DNA of 38,921 nt from NCBI GenBank assembly GCA_039930805.1, contig JBDTTD010000001.1, forward strand, positions 1-38,921, written 5' to 3'. The notes under the pieces are model-generated. The model ran no database searches and had not been told where the DNA came from. It worked only from the letters and a program-made list of their open reading frames with translations. Each line of letters starts with the position of its first letter. Position 1 is the stretch's first letter. Below, one piece after another: positions 25,853 to 35,052 of this stretch. Origin of the DNA: Gemmatimonadales bacterium (GTDB taxonomy: Bacteria; Gemmatimonadota; Gemmatimonadetes; Gemmatimonadales; GWC2-71-9). The translations under genes were made by a program, and so were the position numbers.

Positions 25853-26604
25853 AGGCGAGACCACCAGAGCTCGGCCAGCGGCCGAAGCCAGGATGGCACC
25901 GGCAGGTACCCGCCCAGTACCAATCCCATATAGGTGGCCGCCGCGAAGACTGACAGGCTGATCAGCCAAAGGATCCTGATAGGCCGACGCCAGGCCCTGG
26001 CCCGCTCTACCTCAGCTTTCCATCGGTCCTGCTCGGCGCGCGCTCCGGCGGCCAGCGCCAGCCAGGCCGCCTCCAGTCGGCGAGCCGCGGCGGCCAACGC
26101 ACGCTGCCACTCCCCCTGGCCGGCCCACCCACGAGTGCCGGCGGCGGCGGCCCCCGGTACCGTCTGCTCCAGCGCGTCAAGCGCGCTCACGAATCCCGCC
26201 CCGCCACTACCCAGCCTCGAGGTGATCGCCCGGACATCCTCGGTCTTGATCCTGAAGGCTTCGAGTTGTCGGGCTGGAAGCCTCGATTCGGTGGCGGCCT
26301 CATTCAGCTTCGCGTTTGCCGCCTCGGCCAGGCGCTCGGCGGCGGCGGCAACGGCGCGCTCCCAGAGATCGAGCCAGGCAACCCGCGAGAGCGAGGCAAT
26401 GGCGCCCTGCCGGTCGCCCGAAGCCGCGAACGAGCGCGCGGCCCCGGCAAGCTCGAAGATCCCGGTGACCAGATCGAGACGGATGTCATCGAGAACGAGA
26501 TCGAGGGAACCGCGATCGCCACGGGTGATGGGAGGGTCAACCAGACGGCCGAGCGCTGGGCCCAGCTCCGGAACCACCCAGATCTCAGCCGAGGTGGGAG
26601 GCAA
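25849..26604 (-). CDS. hypothetical Ala-rich protein with a C-terminal transmembrane anchor
   Basis: 251 aa. Long Ala/Arg/Glu-rich helical stretches, then ILWLISLSVFAAATYMGLVLGGYL near the C-terminus. I recognise no motif. Its start overlaps the HAD gene end by 20 nt. Confidence 0.5.
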   Translation of the reverse strand: MPPTSAEIWVVPELGPALGRLVDPPITRGDRGSLDLVLDDIRLDLVTGIFELAGAARSFAASGDRQGAIASLSRVAWLDLWERAVAAAAERLAEAANAKLNEAATESRLPARQLEAFRIKTEDVRAITSRLGSGGAGFVSALDALEQTVPGAAAAGTRGWAGQGEWQRALAAAARRLEAAWLALAAGARAEQDRWKAEVERARAWRRPIRILWLISLSVFAAATYMGLVLGGYLPVPSWLRPLAELWWSRL

Positions 26605-27301
26605 GGATGGCCTCGAGAACCCGGTCGGTGTCGCTGAGATTCTCGAATGCGGTGTGCGGTCCGCAGGCCATGAGGTCAGCTACCGAGTAGGCGCCGGTCG
26701 CTACAGCAACAGCGCGGGCATCGATGCCCGCACCGCAAGCGATGTCTGCCGGTGTGTCGCCGATGATGACCACCTCCGCACCGGCAGGAACCCGGCCGAA
26801 GTAGGGTTCCGCCCGCCCAGCGGCGATCGCAGGCAAGTCGGGCCGGTGGGAAGAATCGGAACCGTAGGCGCCCACCCGAAAGCGCGCCGGGTCGAGTCCG
26901 CCTGCCCGCAGCTTCAGCGCCGCTCCCTGAACCATGTTGCCCGTCAGCAGGCCGAGCACTACCCCATCCTCCCGCTCGAGGCGATCCAGCAGCGGGAAGA
27001 CCCCGGGCATAACCGTGGTTCTGCTGGTGGGCCGCCGGAGCTCGTGCTGAAGAAGATCGACGTAGCGAGAGCAGAGCGCCTGAACCCGCTCGGATCGGTG
27101 CGGGCCCGGGTGGCCGGCCGCCTCGAGCAGTTCCGTCACGATCTGGGGATCGGTCTTGCCGTCGAAGCGCACCTCCCGCATGACCGCGACGTCCCCCACC
27201 TCCTCGGTGATTGCCGCCATGATCGCTCGGCGGCCGGCGCCGGCGGTCAAGAGGATGGTTCCATCGATGTCGAACAGAACGAGTCTGCGCCGGGCGGGCA
27301 T
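26585..27301 (-). CDS. HAD-superfamily hydrolase (phosphoglycolate-phosphatase-like)
   Basis: Internal ATG at 27301 (TGATG overlap with the upstream stop). MPARRRLVLFDIDGTIL (motif I DxDGT), LTGN and IIGDTPADI (motif IV). Confidence 0.85.
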   Translation of the reverse strand: MPARRRLVLFDIDGTILLTAGAGRRAIMAAITEEVGDVAVMREVRFDGKTDPQIVTELLEAAGHPGPHRSERVQALCSRYVDLLQHELRRPTSRTTVMPGVFPLLDRLEREDGVVLGLLTGNMVQGAALKLRAGGLDPARFRVGAYGSDSSHRPDLPAIAAGRAEPYFGRVPAGAEVVIIGDTPADIACGAGIDARAVAVATGAYSVADLMACGPHTAFENLSDTDRVLEAILASHLG

Positions 27302-28086
27302 CACCGCTGCTCCAGCCGGCGTACCGCGACCAGCCGCCGCCTCAGCGCGGCTGCGCGAGTACCGGGCAGCCACGGCTCCGCCAGCGTTCCGCCGCATGCC
27401 AGCGTCGAATGGATCAAGGTATCGGCATCGCCGGCGAAGGCAACGTGAGTTATGCCGCTGCCGGTCTCTCCGCTGAAAAACAGGAGATCCCCCGGCTGGA
27501 CGGACTCGATCGAGACGGCGACGCCATGGATCACCTGCTGGGCCGAATCTCGCGGGAGGACCACCCCGCGTGCCGCGAACGTGGTCTGGACCAGGCCGGA
27601 GCAGTCAACACCCCAGGGCGTCACCCCACCCCATTGATATGGACTGCCGATGAAATGCTCGAACGCCCAGCGCTCGGGAGCCTTGGCCATGGCCGCAGCC
27701 GTGACTTCCCTGCTCTCCCGGACGCTGCCCTCGGTGATGCGCCCGCGCCGGCCATCGGGCAGCACCACGACCTCATGCTCGACTACCACGCGAGCCCGCA
27801 GCGGCAAGCGCAGATGCGCTCCGCCGATCCGCACCACGGCTCCTTCGCTCCAGGCGGACGCACGCGAGCGCCAGTTCTCCGCCTCCTGATCCTCGACCTC
27901 GCTCAGGTACCCGGTGTTGACCCAGCCGTTGTAGCCGTCGAAATGGGTACAGACCCGGCGCCACTCACCGGTGCGCTCCACGATGCTGGCCGTCTCGCCG
28001 AGCACGAGCTGGGTGACCTGTTCCGCCCGCACCCGCGGCTCGGCCAGGACTGGTGCGATGACGGATCGGGCTATGGCAGCGGGCAT
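27301..28086 (-). CDS. NlpC/P60-family peptidase with N-terminal SH3b-like domain(s) and no signal peptide
   Basis: ATG at 28086 preferred (MPAAIARSVIAPVLAEPRVRAEQVTQLVLGE...GWVNTGYL is SH3b-like); GTG at 28107 is also possible. The catalytic region is YQWGGVTPWGVDCSGLVQ with GITHVAF. The architecture resembles YkfC-type gamma-D-Glu-diamino-acid endopeptidases. Confidence 0.82.
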   Translation of the reverse strand: MPAAIARSVIAPVLAEPRVRAEQVTQLVLGETASIVERTGEWRRVCTHFDGYNGWVNTGYLSEVEDQEAENWRSRASAWSEGAVVRIGGAHLRLPLRARVVVEHEVVVLPDGRRGRITEGSVRESREVTAAAMAKAPERWAFEHFIGSPYQWGGVTPWGVDCSGLVQTTFAARGVVLPRDSAQQVIHGVAVSIESVQPGDLLFFSGETGSGITHVAFAGDADTLIHSTLACGGTLAEPWLPGTRAAALRRRLVAVRRLEQR

Positions 28087-28099
28087 GACGGATCCGGAC

Positions 28100-28282
28100 T
28101 CAAGCACCCTTCTCGGGCACGGCTTTGGCGGCGCAGTCGCGACAGAGTGTGACCCCGCGGAAGGTACAGATCAGGCAGATGAAGGTCCCGCAGCTGGAAC
28201 AGGGATACCCCTCGGATGCACGCTCTTCCTTTCCACAGGCGCGGCACTCCATGGCATCGTGCTCCTGGAGCTTTTGCGTCAT
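28100..28282 (-). CDS. 8-cysteine (4x CxxC) zinc-finger miniprotein, hypothetical
   Basis: 60 aa. MTQKLQEHDAMECRACGKEERASEGYPCSSCGTFICLICTFRGVTLCRDCAAKAVPEKGA. Cys spacing is C-x2-C-x11-C-x2-C-x4-C-x2-C-x7-C-x2-C. Its ATG overlaps the sigma-54 regulator stop as ATGA. Confidence 0.55.
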   Translation of the reverse strand: MTQKLQEHDAMECRACGKEERASEGYPCSSCGTFICLICTFRGVTLCRDCAAKAVPEKGA

Positions 28283-29625
28283 GCGACAATGCTGTAGCGC
28301 TTGATCTTGTTGATCAGCGTGGCCCTGGAGATCCCGAGCTCGATGGCGGCGCGGGTACGATTGCCGGTGTGGTGCTTCAAGGTTCGCTCGATATGCTGGC
28401 GCTCCAGATCCTCCAGGCTCAGCGGGGTGTGCCGTCGATCGCCGACCCCCGCCCGCGCGCGGAACTCACCGGGCAGGTGCTCGACGCTTACGGCCGGCTG
28501 GCCCCGCCCGAGGATCAGTGCGCGTTCCAGCACGTTGCGCATCTCGCGCACGTTGCCGGGCCAGGGATAGGAGAGCAGCCGCTCGAGCACTTCACCGGAG
28601 AGCGCGCCTGGCCCATCGGGCAGTTCGGAGCGGAGATCGCCCATCAGGCGGGTAATGAGCGCCAACCGGTCCTCTCGCGATCGATCGCGCAGCGCCGGCA
28701 TCGTGAGCGGCATGACGCTCAGGCGATAGTACAGGTCCTCCCGAAAACGTCCGCTCTCGACTTCGGCCTGCAGATTCTTGTTGGTGGCCGCAACCAGCCG
28801 CACGTCCACCGTGATCTCGCGGGTGCCGCCGAGACGCCGGAAGGTCTTGGTCTCCAGCACCTTCAGCAGCTTGGGCTGGAGCTCGGGCGCGAGGTCGCCG
28901 ATCTCGTCCAGAAAGATGGTCCCGTGGTCGGCAATCTCGAACAAGCCCTGCTTCCGATCCTTGGCGTCAGTGAACGCGCCCTTCTCGTGCCCGAAGAGCT
29001 CTGAGTCGAGGAAGGTGGCATTGAGCCCGCCGCAGTTCACTTCCACGAACGGCGCCTTGGTGCGGGGGCTCAGGTCGTGAATCATCCGGGCTACCCACCC
29101 CTTGCCGGTGCCGCTCTCTCCGTTCAGCAGCACCGTGGTGCGCTCGCTTTGAGCCAGGAGTCCCACCTGGTGCGCGAAATCCTGCATGCCCGAGGAAGTA
29201 CCCAGCGACTCGAGTCCGTGGCCCGGAGCGCTCTGGACCAGGAGGGCCTCATTGATCCGCCGCAGCTTTGCCTTGTCGGCGACTCTGGCGGTGGCGGCGG
29301 CGAGGTGCTCCATGTCCACCGGCTTGGTCAGGAAATTCTCGGCGCCCAGCTGCATGGCCCGAACCGCAGTGGCCACATCGGCCTGGCCGGTCAGGAGGAC
29401 CACGGAGGCGTCCCGCTGGCGCAGGTGTTCGAGGACCTCCATGCCGTCCATGCCGGGCAATGCCAGATCCAGGATGACGACTTCGGGGCGGATGCGGTCG
29501 AAGGTCGCCAGACCGGCCTCGCCGCTGAGCTCCCGGGTGACCTCATAGCCGAACCGTTCGAAGTAATTGCCTATGCTGCGCAAAACGTCGACATCGTCAT
29601 CGATGAGCAGGACGGAGGCAGCCAT
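28279..29625 (-). CDS. sigma-54-dependent Fis-family response regulator (NtrC-like)
   Basis: Receiver (VLLIDDDVD...VILDLALPGMDG), AAA+ domain (GESGTGKG, ELFGHEKGAFTDA, VRLVAATN) and C-terminal HTH (NRTRAAIELGISRATLINKIKRY). Confidence 0.9.
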   Translation of the reverse strand: MAASVLLIDDDVDVLRSIGNYFERFGYEVTRELSGEAGLATFDRIRPEVVILDLALPGMDGMEVLEHLRQRDASVVLLTGQADVATAVRAMQLGAENFLTKPVDMEHLAAATARVADKAKLRRINEALLVQSAPGHGLESLGTSSGMQDFAHQVGLLAQSERTTVLLNGESGTGKGWVARMIHDLSPRTKAPFVEVNCGGLNATFLDSELFGHEKGAFTDAKDRKQGLFEIADHGTIFLDEIGDLAPELQPKLLKVLETKTFRRLGGTREITVDVRLVAATNKNLQAEVESGRFREDLYYRLSVMPLTMPALRDRSREDRLALITRLMGDLRSELPDGPGALSGEVLERLLSYPWPGNVREMRNVLERALILGRGQPAVSVEHLPGEFRARAGVGDRRHTPLSLEDLERQHIERTLKHHTGNRTRAAIELGISRATLINKIKRYSIVA

Positions 29626-29737
29626 TGAGATACCTTGGATCGATAGGAACGAGGCTCTTCCCCCGGCCTGCGGCGCTACATCAGCGTGACAGGGGGACCC
29701 ACCAGAAATTAGTCACTCGGCGCTTTTGCACCATGGC

Positions 29738-30643
29738 TCATCTGCCGGTTGGCACCATGACCTGAATGGCCCCCGGAACGACGCTCGCGGTAAACGGTGT
29801 TTGCCCGCCCGACTCGCCGTCCAGCTGAACCGGCTGGACCGGATGGGTCTCCACCCGGACTACCCGCCCACGGGCATGACCCACATAGCCCGCGTCCCCG
29901 AGTCTCCCAGGCGTAACCCTCAGCAGCTCCCAGACCGCCAGAACACTCTGGGAAAAGCTGTCCGCGCGGATCGCCACCACGTCCAGCAAGCCATCGTCAG
30001 GACGGATGCCGGGCCCGAGCCTGATGAAGGGGGGGATCACCTCGCCGCAGTTGGCCACCAGGACCATGGCGGCGGCGGCCTCGTATTCAACCCCGTCGAT
30101 GGTGATCGCGTGCGTCGTGCTTCGGATATCCTGGATGAGGCGCAAGGTGGTGGCGACGTAGGCTGCCATCCCCCATCGTTGCTTGTGCTGCGCCAGGGTG
30201 CCCGCCATGACCCGTGCGTCGTATCCCGCTCCGCAGGCCACCGCGAAGTACTGGTCTCCCCCGGGCCGCTCCATCCGTCCCAGATCGAACCGCTTCGGTC
30301 GCGCGCTCACCAGCGCCCGAGCGGCACGGGCCGGTGAGGCTGGGATCCGCAGGTTTCCGGCCAGCAGATTCCCGGTTCCCCCCGGAATGACCCCGAGCGC
30401 CACCTCGGTGCCCACCAGGGCGGCCGCCGCCTGCATCGTGGTCCCATCTCCCCCGAAAACCGCCACCACATCCACCCCCTCGGCCACGCCGTATTCCGCC
30501 AGTACTCGCGCATCGCCCGGGCCGCCAGTGGCCAGGACCTCGGCCCCCCAACCAGCCGCCTTCAGAGTACTCATGATGGCATTGACCGCCAGCCGGTCGG
30601 TGCGCGCCGCCGCCGGGTTGGTGATCACCAACGCCCGGGTCAC
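29738..30643 (-). CDS. diacylglycerol-kinase-family lipid kinase (YegS/LCB5-like)
   Basis: This is the last 301 codons of the over-extended track ORF 29738..32164. GTG at 30643, 2 nt after the tamB stop. ALVITNPAAA, VAVFGGDGTTMQAA and GVIPGGTGNLLA. Confidence 0.85.
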   Translation of the reverse strand: MTRALVITNPAAARTDRLAVNAIMSTLKAAGWGAEVLATGGPGDARVLAEYGVAEGVDVVAVFGGDGTTMQAAAALVGTEVALGVIPGGTGNLLAGNLRIPASPARAARALVSARPKRFDLGRMERPGGDQYFAVACGAGYDARVMAGTLAQHKQRWGMAAYVATTLRLIQDIRSTTHAITIDGVEYEAAAAMVLVANCGEVIPPFIRLGPGIRPDDGLLDVVAIRADSFSQSVLAVWELLRVTPGRLGDAGYVGHARGRVVRVETHPVQPVQLDGESGGQTPFTASVVPGAIQVMVPTGR

Positions 30644-30645
30644 GG

Positions 30646-33600
30646 TTAGAACTCCCGTTCCCAGCGGATGTCGGAGCCGATCTGATACGGATTGGTGGTG
30701 AGCGGTATGCCGACCTGGCGGCAGGTCTGGAGCGTCGGTTCCACACTTGCCTGAAGCCTCCACTCCCGGCTGAACCTGAACTCGAGGCTCGCCCCCAGGT
30801 TGCTGTAGGTGAACTGGCTCAAGTTCTCGGGACAGAAGCCCGCGTTGAAGGTCAGAAAGGTCTTGCTGCCCAGCTGCCAGCCGGCGGCAAGCTGGGTGAA
30901 CGTGCTCGCTCCACGTGAGGTCGAGACTCCGGGCCGGATTTCGATGAGGTCGAGCGGGATACCGATGTCCTGGATCAGCGCCCGCTCGAGCTCGCTGGAA
31001 AGGGCGCTGGAGAAGTAGGAGAGCCCGGTTTCTACCAGCCCGGATTGGCCCAGCCGTGTCGCCTCGTTCGCGGGGTAGCCGGTCACGAGGTAGGACACCA
31101 GATCGGTCTCGGAGATCGGCGGATTGAAGGTGCTCTCCAGCGTGATCTTGGGGGCGTACAGCGTTCCGGTAATGACAGCGATCACCGGAATCTCCTCGCC
31201 TCGTACGGCGCGCACCACGTGGGTAGCGCGGATGTCGAGTGCCGCGTTCAGGTCCCCGAAGTAGCGCACTGTCCCCCGGTCCACCGTAAAGTCGCGCGTC
31301 ACCGGCCCGATCTTGAGGGTGTAGCTGCCGCGAACCGCTTCCAGGGTACCGGACGGAGTATAGGCCTGACGGGTCTTGCTGAGCTGGACCTGTCCGCTCA
31401 GCTGAATGTTGGCCTCGCTCGATCGGAGCCAGACATCGGTACCCATCTCCATGCCGAGGTTGGTGATGGTGAGTGAATCGAGGAACCGGTTCTGGAAGCT
31501 GCCGCCCAGATTCTCCCGCCGCAGCAGAGTGGTGTCGACCAGATCCGCGATGGTGGGGTCCTCGAGATCGATGATCCGCTTGGTCACCAGATCGGCGAAG
31601 TAGAGCACGCCGCTGTTCGCCGTGAGACTGCCGGCAAGGTTGGAATGGAAGAACGGACCCTCCAACTGCAAGCTGCCGGTGGCGTCCAGGGTGAGGAATT
31701 GGCTGACATCCAGGGCCCTGAAGTTGTTGGCCCGGAATCCCAGGTTGAGCACCGGACGGGCGAGATCCTCCAGGCGAACCGATCCGGTGATTCCCAGCGA
31801 GCCGTTGCCACCTCTCATCACCACCTGGTCCAGCACCAACGAATCGCCCTGGAGCCGGGCCCGTCCATTCATTTTCTCGTAGCGAACGCCCAGGCCGGGG
31901 AGCGACATGGCGCCATCGCGGAACTCCACGGCTCCCAAGAGCCGGGGCGCTTGCCAGGTGCCGGTGACATTGACGTCGGTCGAGAACTCGCCGGTGACCT
32001 GCCTGATGGCAGGGGTCAAGGCCTCGAGAATCCCGAGATCGACGCTGTCGCCCCGGGCGTGGACCGAGAGGGGACCGTCCACCTGGCGTTGCTTTGCTCC
32101 CTTCAGTGCCAGGTCCAGAGGAAGCTTGGCACCGACGTCGAGCACGTTCTTGCCCGAGCGCCACAGGAGCAGATCGGCCTCCAGCCGGCGGTCGGCATAG
32201 TCTACCACACCCTGCAGGAACGGCGCGTTGAAATCACCGAACCTCCCTCCATCCAGCGTCATTGTGCCTCGCAGTGTCGGCCGCTCTGCCGTCCCACCGA
32301 CGCGGGCATCGATCCCAAGATCGCCGGCCACTCCCACGGTGTCGCGCAGAAGGAGGCCGTATGCATCGCGGAGGTCGAGCCCAAGCACCCGGACTACGAG
32401 AGACCCTTCCGACGTCCCGGGTACCCGCCCAGCCAACTGGATCAGGCCCGAGCCATCGTCGGTACGGAGGGTGACGGGGCTGACTGCGGGCGCGGAATCA
32501 CTGAGGGTTACCGCGAAGGTCTCTTCGGACCGGTACCGATGCGCCGGGAGCGCGAAGGAAAGACTGTCGAACATCGCCACCTGGGTCTGACCATGTCGCC
32601 ACCAGCGTCCCGCACCGTTCACCGCGAGGTTCGAGCCGACCCCGGTACCCGCATTCCAATCGAGCGAGTCGGCCCACCCACGGGCCTGGGCCCCGATCCG
32701 GTGGAAGATCCACCGGCCCGCGGCCAGAGAGTCAGAACCGATCGACGCGGTGAGTTGCGGGCGATGACCACCAATCCAGCTGAATGCCCCGGTCATCCGG
32801 GGCGAGCGTATGCTCTGCCATTCCAGGTTTTCGGCCAGGATGTCGGCGCTCGCTTCCAGGGTATCGAGATTTCCGGCCAACTGGACGCTCGCCTGTGCCG
32901 TTCCCCCGAGCGGGCGACTGTCGGGGCCGATATCCCTGGTCTGCCCGGTCGTGGCCAGGAGCAATGAGTCGAATGCGATCAGGCTGTCGGCCGCGAGGGT
33001 GAAGGCCATCCGTCCGGTATGGAGCCCCCCCCAGCCCAGGGTACCGGAACCGCCCACCCGGGCGCCCTTCCACACCGCGTAGGCGGTATCCACCCGAATC
33101 ATGCTGTCGTGCAAACCGGCAATCGCGAAGACGCTGTCGAGGGTGAGCTCTCGGAGCCGACTGCTCGACAGGGCTACCCGAACCTCGCCCTCCGGGGCCT
33201 TCAAGGTATCGATGACGCCGGTGACCGAGACCTCGCCATTCAGCCGGGTGGGAAGATCTCGGCCGGTGAGCGCGGCCAGATCCAGCCGGGAGAACCGCAG
33301 CAGCAGATCCTCGGCTCCCCATTTAGGAGGCTGCAACGTCGCGAATCCGTGGGCTTCTATCGAGCCGATCTGGCCCGTCAGGGACGCGTCCACCGCCAGA
33401 CGAGCGAGCGTGCCCCGGCTCTGGAATGGACCTCGCAGCTCACCCTTGGCCCCGAGTCCGGGGAAGGCCCGCCGGATTCCGTCGAAGGAGAGCGGGTCCA
33501 GCATGACATCGGTGTCGAGTCCGAGTACCGCTGACCGGGTATCGAGGTGCACCGTGCCTTCCAGCTGGCTGGGTGGGCGGTCCTGATCCTGGTGCTGGGC

Positions 33601-35052
33601 GCTGCCGTTGAACCGGACGTTCCGCAGCGGGCCATTCAGCGTCCCCACCGCGGTTAGTCGGCCCTCGAGGATTACCGCCGGGGCAATCCGGCGCACGGTG
33701 CGGAGGTCGATATCCGATTGTTTGACGCCGAACTCAGTAAAGGTGAGCCCGCTATCGAGTGAGGCCCCGATGCCACCCTCGCCGGCAATGGTCGTCAGGG
33801 GATTACCGGGCACCGCCGCGTCTCTAAAGGCCCATTCAATGCTGAGGTCGAGAGCATTCAGGAATCCGGATCCGGCCAACTTGCCGGTGACGGTTCCATA
33901 AAAGGGTAGGCTGTCCAGAAAGCGGCGCGCGGCATCGAGATTCAGTTCCCCCAGTCTCACGTTCATGTCACGCACTCCGAGGCCGCGGCGTCGGTCGGTG
34001 ATCGCCACCAGGTCGCCGTCGACCTGGCCCTCCGGGCCGCTGAGGTGGAGGTCCCGGATGTCATAGGCGGTCCGTACACCGGTCTCCGAACGGGCGGTGA
34101 GAACGCCGCGCCCCGTCATCGAGGGAAACTTGGGCGAGACCCAGCGCAGGTCCTCCAGATTGAGGTGAGGCGAGGTGACCTGGAAATCGAGGAGAATGGT
34201 GTCGCGGGGCCAGGTTACCGCTCCGCCACCGGAGAATCGGGTGTCCGGCAGCGCGCCCCGGGAGAGGCTGAACACCGCACTGTCTCCCCGGATTCGTACC
34301 CGGCCGACCGCGTGGCTAAGCGTCACCCCGGGGTCGTTCACCCGGGTGGCGAGCGAGTCGAGATCGATGGTAAATGGGAGCCGGTCCGGCGTGGCGATGC
34401 GCATCCGGGAGACCCGGGTGGCGAGATCAGCGAGCACGATCACCCGCCGAAGTCCCTCGCGAGTCTCCTCCACGATGCGGCCGGGCTTGGCCCGCTCAGC
34501 GCGGAGTGCCGAGTCGACGCTGGTCTCGGTTCGGGCGGACCGGGGAGGATTCCACGGCAGCGCTATCCGGAGCATCCCTTCCGTCATCTTGACGTTATGG
34601 AACTCGACCAGGGGTGACTTTCCGCCTGGAGATCCCTTTCCGATGCGGAGCACCTCTTCGTAGTTCATCCGTCCACTTCGATGCTTGATCAGCTGGATGG
34701 TGGGACTGTCCATCTCTATTGCGCTCAACACCACCTGGCCGGCGATGAAGTTCGGCAGCCGGTAGGCGACCCGGACCCGGGGGAGGTTCGCCAGCAGCTC
34801 ACCGCTGGTGTCGCGCACCACCAGGTTTTCGAGAGTGAGGTCATACAGGAACGAGCCCGAGATTGACCCGACCCTCACCTGGCCCAGGACGACGCGGTCG
34901 AGGAACCGGGAGACGGTGCGTGCCAGCAGGTCGCGACCGGGCGGGGTCAGCGTCATGGAGGTGATCACCCCCAGGATCATCGCGGCGCTCCCGATTACGA
35001 AGACGAACAGGAATCGCGCAAACTGGCGGCGAAGCGCACGCTGGCGGCGCAT
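30646..35052 (-). CDS. tamB: translocation and assembly module protein TamB (AsmA-like / DUF490 family)
   Basis: 1468 aa. N-terminal anchor FLFVFVIGSAAMILGVITSM, a very long beta-rich repetitive body, and a C-terminal DUF490-like region. It sits immediately downstream of an Omp85 gene, overlapping it by 1 nt. Confidence 0.85.
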   Translation of the reverse strand: MRRQRALRRQFARFLFVFVIGSAAMILGVITSMTLTPPGRDLLARTVSRFLDRVVLGQVRVGSISGSFLYDLTLENLVVRDTSGELLANLPRVRVAYRLPNFIAGQVVLSAIEMDSPTIQLIKHRSGRMNYEEVLRIGKGSPGGKSPLVEFHNVKMTEGMLRIALPWNPPRSARTETSVDSALRAERAKPGRIVEETREGLRRVIVLADLATRVSRMRIATPDRLPFTIDLDSLATRVNDPGVTLSHAVGRVRIRGDSAVFSLSRGALPDTRFSGGGAVTWPRDTILLDFQVTSPHLNLEDLRWVSPKFPSMTGRGVLTARSETGVRTAYDIRDLHLSGPEGQVDGDLVAITDRRRGLGVRDMNVRLGELNLDAARRFLDSLPFYGTVTGKLAGSGFLNALDLSIEWAFRDAAVPGNPLTTIAGEGGIGASLDSGLTFTEFGVKQSDIDLRTVRRIAPAVILEGRLTAVGTLNGPLRNVRFNGSAQHQDQDRPPSQLEGTVHLDTRSAVLGLDTDVMLDPLSFDGIRRAFPGLGAKGELRGPFQSRGTLARLAVDASLTGQIGSIEAHGFATLQPPKWGAEDLLLRFSRLDLAALTGRDLPTRLNGEVSVTGVIDTLKAPEGEVRVALSSSRLRELTLDSVFAIAGLHDSMIRVDTAYAVWKGARVGGSGTLGWGGLHTGRMAFTLAADSLIAFDSLLLATTGQTRDIGPDSRPLGGTAQASVQLAGNLDTLEASADILAENLEWQSIRSPRMTGAFSWIGGHRPQLTASIGSDSLAAGRWIFHRIGAQARGWADSLDWNAGTGVGSNLAVNGAGRWWRHGQTQVAMFDSLSFALPAHRYRSEETFAVTLSDSAPAVSPVTLRTDDGSGLIQLAGRVPGTSEGSLVVRVLGLDLRDAYGLLLRDTVGVAGDLGIDARVGGTAERPTLRGTMTLDGGRFGDFNAPFLQGVVDYADRRLEADLLLWRSGKNVLDVGAKLPLDLALKGAKQRQVDGPLSVHARGDSVDLGILEALTPAIRQVTGEFSTDVNVTGTWQAPRLLGAVEFRDGAMSLPGLGVRYEKMNGRARLQGDSLVLDQVVMRGGNGSLGITGSVRLEDLARPVLNLGFRANNFRALDVSQFLTLDATGSLQLEGPFFHSNLAGSLTANSGVLYFADLVTKRIIDLEDPTIADLVDTTLLRRENLGGSFQNRFLDSLTITNLGMEMGTDVWLRSSEANIQLSGQVQLSKTRQAYTPSGTLEAVRGSYTLKIGPVTRDFTVDRGTVRYFGDLNAALDIRATHVVRAVRGEEIPVIAVITGTLYAPKITLESTFNPPISETDLVSYLVTGYPANEATRLGQSGLVETGLSYFSSALSSELERALIQDIGIPLDLIEIRPGVSTSRGASTFTQLAAGWQLGSKTFLTFNAGFCPENLSQFTYSNLGASLEFRFSREWRLQASVEPTLQTCRQVGIPLTTNPYQIGSDIRWEREF

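Noticed and set aside
29700-29725. Possible sigma-54 promoter (minus strand TGGTGCAAAAGCGCC) upstream of the NtrC-like operon
   Set aside because: The GG and GC elements do not fall at the consensus TGGCAC-N5-TTGC spacing, so this is a poor match. A similar TGGTCG at about 25416-25422 upstream of the iron permease also fails the -12 element.
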